This document shows, in pieces, positions 55,236 through 64,000 of a stretch of 64,000 bases of DNA (position 1 is its first letter; each line of letters starts with the position of its first letter). Under the pieces are notes generated by a model. That model ran no database searches and was not told the origin of the DNA. It saw only the letters and a list, made by a program, of their open reading frames with translations. A program made the position numbers and the translations under genes. This stretch comes from Eledone cirrhosa. Taxonomy: Eukaryota. The DNA is taken from NCBI GenBank assembly GCA_964016885.1, contig OZ024751.1:16120001-16184000 (forward strand), given 5' to 3'.

Positions 55236-55989
55236 TATTTATATGGCTAACTACGCCTAATTTAATATGTCTCATTTACAGCGATGGAATAAAGCACATT
55301 TACCATGTCTCATTCATAGCTAAAGATTATAATTCTGTTTGCCTCAAGGATATTCAATAATGTTCCATCATGTGATTTATGTTATCAATAACACTTCTTT
55401 GTGGTAAACTAATATTTCAAACACGCTGACATTTCTTGGAGTTAAACGTTGCACAACAGCAACTATACAATCTCCAACAATCTCGCCTTCGATGTGTGTG
55501 GTTTCACTATCTTTGCAATTAGTTTAAACATATTATAATTTAGTTGCGTTATGGAAGTATTTTCATTATTGTGTATTCTGAAAATAGATTTCTCTTTGTT
55601 TAAATATTCTTCTAAAGAAGATAGCATGTCTGCTTACTGAGTTTTTTTGTATTCATTATACTCGGTCAAATTATGCAGTTAAATATTGTACAGAGGCATA
55701 TACTTTCCAATAACGTCTTTGAACAAATAATAATGATTTGCCAATTTTCCATGACGGAAAGAAATATTACCGGCAATCCCTTCCTTTTCTTCTATTTGAA
55801 TTAATCATTTCAGAAGAGTTTACCTTTAGGCAGTTTAGACATTTTGATATGAAATCTTTAATAAAATTACGTAAATGAACCTCTACATGGAAAGTGTTAA
55901 TTGGCTGTTTCAAGCATGGGAGCGGTCCACAAGGAATTTAGTTTTCTGTCACATCTACCAAAAGACAAAGCTTTTTGTAAAATGGAAAG

Positions 55990-56300
55990 TAAACTGTCGT
56001 GGGTTCGATTCCTGCACTGGGTTGTGTGTTGTGTTCTTGATCAAAACACTTAATTTCATATTGCTCAAGTATACCCAGCTGGAAAGGAGTAGCAACAGCA
56101 ATAGTTGAGGGTTGTAAACCCTGCGATGGACAGGCGTTCTGTCAAGGGGAACGCGGTGTACTCTCAGTCATTTCACGCCACATAGACAGGGATAAGTACC
56201 GGTCTGATAAGGCTTCGGGCTTGAGACATACTTTAACACTGGGATCAACTGGCGTTCTGTGCAGGCGGGAGTCTTGTACTCTCAGTGGCTTCACGCCATA
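55990..56300 (+). mobile_element. V-domain-like SINE with a partial duplication
   Basis: ggttcgattcc B-box; accctgcgatggac.ggcgt..tgtc.agggg...gggataag..ccgg.ctgat. Confidence 0.55.
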
Positions 56301-56309
56301 TATTTCATA

Positions 56310-57675
56310 ACTACCATGATTATGTCTGTACAATATTTCATCATACAGATCATTATGACTGTACACTATCTAACAACACAGATCATTATAACTGTACAAT
56401 ATTTCACCACCAGATTATTATAACTGTACAATATTTCATAACACAGATTATTATGACTGTACAATATGTAACAACACAGATCATTATAACTGTACAATAT
56501 TTCACCACCAGATTATTATAACTGTACAATATTTCATAACACAGATTATTATGACTGTACAATATGTAACAACACAGATCATTATAACTGTACAATATTT
56601 CACCACCAGATTATTATAACTGTACAATATTTCATAACACAGATCATTATGACTGTACAATATGTAACAACACAGATCATTATGACTGTACAATATTTCA
56701 CAACATAGATCATTATGACTGTACAATATGTAACAACACAGATCATTATAACTGTACAATATTTCACCACCAGATTATTATAACTGTACAATATTTCATA
56801 ACACAGATCATTATGACTGTACAATATGTAACAACACAGATCATTATGACTGTACAATATTTCACAACATAGATCATTATGTCTGTACAATATATCACAA
56901 CACATATCATTATGACTGTACAATATGTAACAACACAGATCATTATGTCTGTACAATATATCACAACACATATCATTATGTCTGTACAATATATCACAAC
57001 ACAGATCATTATGTCTGTACAATATATCACAACACAGATCAATATGAATGTACAATATTTCACAACATATATCATTATCTCTGTACAATATATCACAACA
57101 TAGATCATTATGACTGTACAATATGTAACAACAAATATCATTATGTCTGTAAAATATTTCACAACACAGATAATTATGTCTGTACAATATATCACAACAC
57201 AGATCATTATGTCTGTACAATATATCACAACACAGATCAATATGAATGTACAATATTTCACAACACAGATCATTATATCTGTACAATATATCACAACACA
57301 GATCATTATATCTGTACAATATATCACAACACAGATCATTATGTCTGTACAATATATCACAACACAGATCATTATGTCTGTACAATATATCACAACACAG
57401 ATCATTATGAATGTACAATATTTCACAACATAGATTATTATCTCTGTACAATATATCACAACATAGATCATTAGGACTGTACAATATGTAACAACAAATA
57501 TCATTATAACTGTATAATATGTAATAACACAGATCATTATGACTGTACAATATGTAACAACACATATCATTATGACTGCACAATATATCACGACACATAT
57601 CATTATGACTGTACAACACGTAACAACACAGATCATCATAACTGTACAATATATTACAATATAGATCATTATAAC
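56310..57675. repeat. 33-bp minisatellite (about 41 units) with a 98-bp higher-order repeat at its left end
   Basis: Unit cacagatcattatgtctgtacaatatatcacaa; the caccaccag variant recurs at about 56405, 56503, 56601 and 56765. Confidence 0.95.
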
Positions 57676-57997
57676 TAGTCTCTTATGGTTAAGTTCTACT
57701 GAAGGTTTGACTAGAACATTCGATTTTTCCTTCATATTATATATGTAATTATGCTTTCTCTCTGTATGTATGTATGTATGTATGTATGTATGTATGTATG
57801 TATGTATGTATGTATGTATGTATGTATGTGTGTGTGTATGTATGTATGTATGTATGTATGTATGTATGTATGTATGTATGTATGTGTGTATGTGTGTGTG
57901 TATGTATGTATGTATGTTTTCTCTTTCTCTTAATTTCGAGTATATTTTTTTGACCGGCCACCTTCCTGGTGGCAAGGTTGTAAAAGAAAAGAAATTG

Positions 57998-60493
57998 TCA
58001 TCCCTTGAATCGCAAGAATGTTTTGCATATTTTGAAGGTGCCAGCTATCGCAGCCATTTGTAGACTATGAATTAGGGAGCTGCGCTTTTTGTCCGCAAAT
58101 CCAAGTTCGGTCATACTTTGGTCCAAGCGGGTTGGTATATAACCCGTAGCACCAATAATGATGGGTATGAAGCTAAAGGTGTATCTTGGATACTGGATTT
58201 GTAAGCTCCTCATCAATGGTCCGTAGATGTCCTCCTTCTCCTGTATTTTTCTGACAACGTTTACATCAAGTGGGCAGCTGATCTCCACAACAGAACACGT
58301 TTTCAATGTGTGGTCCCAAACTACAATATCAGGCCGGTTGTGCTTTAATTTGGTGGCAGTTTTTATTTTCAGGTTCCACCAGTATTCCTTAGTGCCATCT
58401 GTCTCAATATATTCTTCCTCGTTTGTTGTTAATTTTGTTTTCCGAAGTGCGTTCCAGATAGTTCTAGCTATCCCATCGTGTCTCATGGGGAGGTAGTAGC
58501 GAGATGACATTCTTTCGCAGCTGGCAACAATGTGGCTTACATCCTCGATCTTTGTTTTACATAGCCTACATTTATTGTCAGCTGCTGGCCCTCCTCTTTT
58601 GTGCAGCAGATATTTGGTAGGGAGTTCTTGTTCCTGTATTGCATAGAGATATCCCTCAAGGTGTGATGTCATAAACTTGTCGGAACTCCATGCCAGGCTT
58701 TTTGAGTGGTTTATCCCCTCTATGGTCTGTGTTTTACGCCTCAAGTATCCATGCACAACTTTCTCTGTAAATTGGTCAATTTTTTTTTCTTGTTTGAACA
58801 TTGAATAGGATCTTCCGATTTCTCTGGGTGAGAGATTTATATCAGGCTTTATTCCATATCTCTCCTCCAGATCAGTCGCTATTCTAATGATATTTCTTTT
58901 TTCATGCTCATAAACCTGAGCAAGATGGTCGCCAACCTTTTTCCTCTGTTGAAGGTGTTGCTTCAGTGTTACTATCCGGGTCTCATATGTTGTTAATATT
59001 GATTTTAGACCCCGGCCACCTTCCTTGCGTGAGAAGTATAGCCTATCCACATCACCATTGATGTTAAAGTTCCCAGTAACACTGAGAAGTTTACGAGTTC
59101 TAACATCCATCTCACTTAGTTCTTGCAATGACCAGTTCAGTAGGCCAAATGTTGGCGTTATAATTGGCACAGCATAGGTATTGTGGGCAATGTATTTGTT
59201 GTATGCTGACAGTTCTGATGACCATATTTTTTTTACTCTTCTGAGGTATTCAGTTCTGGTTCTCTCCTTATTTATGGGTCCATCATATCTGACATTCTCA
59301 TCCTGTCCAAGATATCTGTAGTTGTCACCTGACTGCAGAGGTTGTATTGTCAGGCCGTTCATATCTAGATTTCTAGAGGAGGGCACAGCTCTTCCACGTT
59401 TTACTGCCAAATATGCACACTTGGACTCACCAAATTTCATTTTGATGTCGGTTGAAAATTGTGTAATGAGGTCCAATTGTTTCTTGATGTCATTGATATT
59501 TGGCCCATACAACTTCAGGTCATCAACAAAGAAAAGATGGGAGATACTTCTGGGCCCACTTCTTTGTCCACCTTGTTTCCTGAGTAGGTAAGATAGTGGA
59601 TTCAGTGAGAGAACGAAGAGTAGTACTGACAAGCTATCACCCTGAAAGATGCCCTTCTGGTAATGTATCCTATCAGTCTTAACCTGCTCCTTCTCACCTC
59701 TAAGGATCAAATTGGTGTACCAGTTCTTGGTCAGGCGTTCAACAGCAGCTACTAATGGTTGTGGGACTTTAGCTAACTGTAAAGCCTTAATAATCCACCC
59801 ATGAGGTACACTATCAAATGCTTTTTGATAGTCCAGCCACACGACAGTCATGTTTCTGCGATTCTTTGTTGTTTTTTCCTGAATCATTTTGTTAGTTAGT
59901 AGGTGATCTATGCAACCCCACACCTCCCTCTTTCCACCAGCTTGCTCAGGTGTTATGATGTTATTGGTAGCACAGTGATCCTGTAAGAACAGGTTAAGGC
60001 ACCCAGTATATAATTTATACATGATGTTTTGGCAGGCAATTGGGCGGTAATTTTTAGCAAGGGTGGTTTGGCTATTTTTGGGAATGAGGAGAGTAGTGGC
60101 AGTTGATAACCATCTGGGCAGTTCTTGTGTGCCCTTAATGGTTTCTGTAAACAGCCGTATGAGATCTTGCCGATAGAAAGTGAAATTCTTCAACCAGTAT
60201 CCTGTAATGAGGTCTGGGCCTGGCGATTTCCTATTCGACATTTTCTGTAGAGCTGTTTCCAGTATTGACCCATCTATGTCATATTGTTTTGTCTGGACAT
60301 GTTGGCAGTAGTCCTGTTCCAGTTGTTTTAGCCAATTAGCTTGTCTGTTGAATCCGTCATCCGTTTCCCATACAGATCTCCAGTAGTTCTCAACCTGTTC
60401 TTTTGAAGGGGTGTCGTTTACAGGGATTGAGCTTTTGCCACCGAAGCTGCGATAAACTGATTTAGGATCTCTGGCAAACAATCTATTTAGCAC
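57998..60493 (-). CDS. R4/Dong-type LINE polyprotein (RT, CCHC knuckle, RLE), 5'-truncated but uninterrupted for 831 codons
   Basis: [70 protein letters not shown]; (TATG)n on both sides; short 3' UTR 57915-57997. Confidence 0.93.
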   Translation of the reverse strand: MLNRLFARDPKSVYRSFGGKSSIPVNDTPSKEQVENYWRSVWETDDGFNRQANWLKQLEQDYCQHVQTKQYDIDGSILETALQKMSNRKSPGPDLITGYWLKNFTFYRQDLIRLFTETIKGTQELPRWLSTATTLLIPKNSQTTLAKNYRPIACQNIMYKLYTGCLNLFLQDHCATNNIITPEQAGGKREVWGCIDHLLTNKMIQEKTTKNRRNMTVVWLDYQKAFDSVPHGWIIKALQLAKVPQPLVAAVERLTKNWYTNLILRGEKEQVKTDRIHYQKGIFQGDSLSVLLFVLSLNPLSYLLRKQGGQRSGPRSISHLFFVDDLKLYGPNINDIKKQLDLITQFSTDIKMKFGESKCAYLAVKRGRAVPSSRNLDMNGLTIQPLQSGDNYRYLGQDENVRYDGPINKERTRTEYLRRVKKIWSSELSAYNKYIAHNTYAVPIITPTFGLLNWSLQELSEMDVRTRKLLSVTGNFNINGDVDRLYFSRKEGGRGLKSILTTYETRIVTLKQHLQQRKKVGDHLAQVYEHEKRNIIRIATDLEERYGIKPDINLSPREIGRSYSMFKQEKKIDQFTEKVVHGYLRRKTQTIEGINHSKSLAWSSDKFMTSHLEGYLYAIQEQELPTKYLLHKRGGPAADNKCRLCKTKIEDVSHIVASCERMSSRYYLPMRHDGIARTIWNALRKTKLTTNEEEYIETDGTKEYWWNLKIKTATKLKHNRPDIVVWDHTLKTCSVVEISCPLDVNVVRKIQEKEDIYGPLMRSLQIQYPRYTFSFIPIIIGATGYIPTRLDQSMTELGFADKKRSSLIHSLQMAAIAGTFKICKTFLRFKG

Positions 60494-60539
60494 TTGTATG
60501 TATGTATGTATGTATGTATGTGTGTATGTATGTATGTAT

Positions 60540-61205
60540 GTTCTTCTGGTTTTATAATTTCACAAAGTTTTACCAATAGACAGAGAGTCGGTTTCCAACA
60601 TAGACACAAGACTCTCTCATTGGAATTTACACAACATCAACTAGGTAGATTATGTATGTATGCATGCATGTGTAGATATGGATGTTTTGTATGTGTGGAT
60701 GTGGATGTTTTGAGTTGTATGTGTGCATGTGTATATGCTTTCTATATGTACATTGTGTATATGCAGTTATTAGATGCAAAATGTTTGGAATGTTTTACAT
60801 ATCTTTACTGTTCCATTAATGGACTGTACTTGTAATTTCCTAACTAGTTGTGTTCTTTCTGTTCCTGTGAAGCATAGCTTCTCAAGATTTGTACTGAGGC
60901 AGTTACTAACATACCCCCAGTGCCCCAATAATGACAGGCATAAATCTGAAGATGTAATCAGGGTGGAGTATCTGCAGATTTCTCATCAGTTCTGCATAAA
61001 TATTCTCCTTTTCGCTAATCTCTGATATTATAATGGCATCTGCTGGGCAGCTAATTTCCACTACTGTGCATGTTTTCTTCTCCCTGTCCCATATGAAAAT
61101 ATCTGGTCTGTTATGCCTGCATTTTATTGGGGTTTTTACTGGAATATTCCACCAGTACTCTTTCATATTATGTACATGGATGTCTTCCACATTGCTGTAG
61201 CTTTT
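60540..61205 (-). mobile_element. R4/Dong-type 3' fragment (RLE) in (TACA)n
   Basis: EYWWNIPVKT..HNRPDIFIWD..VVEISCP plus 3' UTR. Confidence 0.85.
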
Positions 61206-61337
61206 AATGTGTTATGTATGTATGTATGTATGTATGTATGTATGTATGTATGTATGTATGTATGTATGTATGTATGTATGTATATATGTATGTATGTATG
61301 TTTGTATGTATGTATGTATGTATGTATGTTTGTATGT

Positions 61338-61940
61338 CAGGTCACCAGTTGGTGCTACTGGTAACATGTATCCCAGTACAACCTGTCTCATGGTCGGGTC
61401 GTTGGCGACTAAACTGGCAACCCCACCAAGGTTTCTTGGTGAGGAGGGTAACTTTGGACATCCTGCAGGACTAAAAACAAAACCTGTCAAATGGCAGAGG
61501 AGCTCTTAAGAGTAAACGGCCATCCAAAATCACCGGGAGAGATGATCCCTTAGTCTTTGTCAAGGCAGAATTCTAGAAGGAAAACTCTGATATAACACCT
61601 GCAACCCTGATGGTATCCAATGATGTTGATTTGTTCTTATTTTTGGTAAATATCATCTTGGTTAAGAGAGTTGGACTGGCTTTGTGCAGTGCCTTTGCTC
61701 ACTATAAAAGCTTCACGGCACAGGTATTGCTTTATATCTGGAGATCTCTCCTCACTTGTCGTCACATGGTACCATGGGCCCAGCACTATGTGTCAATAAT
61801 TGTCACAAGTGTAGTGTTTGTACCAGAGTTTTCAAGTCGCTGGCTGGACTAAAAAGTCACACTCGTTCAGCGCATCGGTAGGGGTTCTCCTACATGGATA
61901 TAAAGTAGTGGCCGTACTCGAAAACGAGTTGGCAGCCACC
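61338..61940 (+). mobile_element. Longest copy of the bipartite RTE-like element, in (TATG)n
   Basis: Matches 50352-50920, with about 30 extra 5' nt (caggtcaccagttggtgctactggt). Confidence 0.7.
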
Positions 61941-62591
61941 ATATGTTTGTATGTATGTAAGTATGTATGTACATATGTATGTATGTGTGTATGTAAGTAT
62001 ATATCTATGTACATATGTACGTATGTATGTATGTATATATCTATGTAGTAAATATGAATATTTATATTTATGTACGTATGTGCAAGTATATGAATACATG
62101 TGTGTTTATATGTATGTATTATTGTATATGTGTATAAATGTATATATGTATGTACCTATGTGCATGTATATGAATACATGTGTTTATATATGTATTTACT
62201 ATTGCATATGTGTATGCATGTATGCTGTATATATGTATGAATGTATATATGTATGCACCTATGTGTATGTATAGGTATATGTCTATGTATTATTCTATAT
62301 GTTTAAGATTTATTTAAATTCTTCCTTCTTTGTCGAATGGATGTCTGTCAGTAACCATGAATATATGTGTGTATATATATGTATGTATTGTTGTGTATGT
62401 ATGTGTATGTATATATGTATTATTTTATGTGTGTATGTAAGTTTGTCTTTTAAGATTTATCTAATTTCTTCTTCGACGAATCGAAGCCTGTCAGTAACCA
62501 TGTGACAAAACCTTTTAGTTTCAATCAAGACAGTTCTAGGGATTAGTGAATACTTGGATGAATTCATGCGTATATATATGTGAAGTCTTCA

Positions 62592-62638
<47 letters not shown>

Positions 62639-64000
62639 TATATATAATATATATATATGTGTGTGTGTATAATTGTTGCACTTGTATAATTGTTGCGTGT
62701 CTATATGTAGAGCCTTGCATGAATATACTTGTACAAATATATTTGTTGTGTATATATACGTGAAAGCTTCGGTGGATATACTTGTACTAATATAATGGTT
62801 GTGTATATATATATATATATATGTATATAATATATATCTATATATTTGTGTGTGCGTGTGCGAAGGCTTCGGTGTATAAACCTCTCTATACGTAGAGTTT
62901 AAAGTGTATATATTTACACCCATATAATTGATGCGTATATATATGTAAAGGCTTGAGTTTATATATTTACACTCATACAATTGATGGTATATATATATAT
63001 AGTTAGGGAAGCAGAACATTGCTTATTGTGATCCAGTTCGTGGTTAAGAAAGCCAGTTTCGTGGACGGTTTCAACGTACGGTTAGGGGTAACTCCACAAG
63101 TTTGTAAGAATTCCGTTCAATCTTGGAGTATAAAGTATAAAAGAGAAAACACAGGTAAGCATTAAAAGAAGGATTTTATCCAGGTATTTACGACCGTTTC
63201 ATTGGTAAGTGCAACCTTATATTGCTAACCTGCAAATAGCAGCCACTCAATGATAATTGTTGTTCATGTCCAAATTTTCAAAATAGTGAGTAAGTTACTC
63301 TTTAAATAGTTCTTAATATATAGAGAAAAACATTTATTTGGAATTGTATTTACTAGTATAGAGAGAGAGGAAGAGGAATTAGAAAGTGGGGGGACAAATG
63401 GAATAGTATATAGAGAGAGGAATGGGAGAAGAGTTAGGAAGTAGAGTGACAAACTGAGATGGAGGGAGGGGTAGAGGTGGAAGGATTCCTTGATCAGTTT
63501 TGATATGTAGACTTCATGTCGGTGATTGTAGTGAGTTAAAGAGAATTAAATTGATCATAGTGGGAGAGATGGAGAGAGCGGGGGCTGGGAGAAAAATATA
63601 TAAATATATATATATATATAAAATAAAGATAAAAATAATAGTGATAAAAATAAAAGTAAAGAAGGGGGGCAAGGGGAAAGATGAAAAGATAGCCAAAAAG
63701 GGGAGGGAAGAAAGGAAGAAAACGAAAAGAAATAGAAGAGGAATGAAGAAGTCGAGGGATATAGGTATTAGTTTTTGTGGGTAATTAAAGGGGTTAGATA
63801 CAATAAGAGGGTATAAAGTCTAAGTATATGCAGTTTGTCAGGTGGTAGTAAGAGGTTAAGGGTTCGATTTTCACTTGTAGTGCGAAAACATTTCTTTGAG
63901 TCTATGGTTACAATAAATTGATCTTTCGATTTTATTGTTGAGTAACTTATTCTTCGAACTCAAAACATATATATGTAGAGTCAAGAGTTTATATTTGCAC

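Noticed and set aside
56310-57675. CRISPR-like array
   Set aside because: The repeats are contiguous with no unique spacers, and the context is eukaryotic
56600-57975. 349-aa and 403-aa Cys-rich repeat ORFs
   Set aside because: They are by-products of a 33-bp minisatellite; several frames are open and the 32-bp units shift the frame
58227-59591. Plus-strand ORFs inside the LINE (likewise antisense ORFs in 8138-9280 and 17421-19027)
   Set aside because: They are antisense shadows of the retroelement ORFs
61338-61420. HDV-like ribozyme at the 5' end of the bipartite RTE element
   Set aside because: P2-like ccagt/actgg, a P4-like hairpin and ctaa are present, but I could not assign P1, P3 or L3; an RNArobo or Infernal search would settle it
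63185-63260. Hammerhead (GAAA-cggtcg-TA on the minus strand)
   Set aside because: Only the 3' half is visible, with no CUGANGA-type core

Overview
AT-rich, microsatellite-saturated animal genomic DNA. The SINE families and repeat style suggest a coleoid cephalopod, probably Octopus (inference). No host protein-coding gene is recognisable; there are only weak minus-strand exon candidates. The window is a mosaic of retroelements sorted by microsatellite context. Penelope-like elements (PLEs) and many short fold-back terminal modules sit in (TA)n. R4/Dong-type RLE LINEs sit in (TAA)n and (TATG)n, one with an uninterrupted 831-codon ORF. There is a Tx1/L1-like fragment in (TATC)n, RTE fragments, an internally deleted bipartite RTE-like element in four copies, many tRNA-derived SINEs, mariner-like MITEs and a 33-bp minisatellite. 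The most striking signal is a dense set of hammerhead-ribozyme (HHR) motifs, folded by eye: at least 12 sequence-distinct families and over 20 copies. Most have palindromic minimal stem III, two families carry a U3-A8 compensatory core, and several lie in retrozyme-like 220-430 bp tandem units or long inverted repeats. Boundaries are approximate, and all folds and family calls need computational confirmation.
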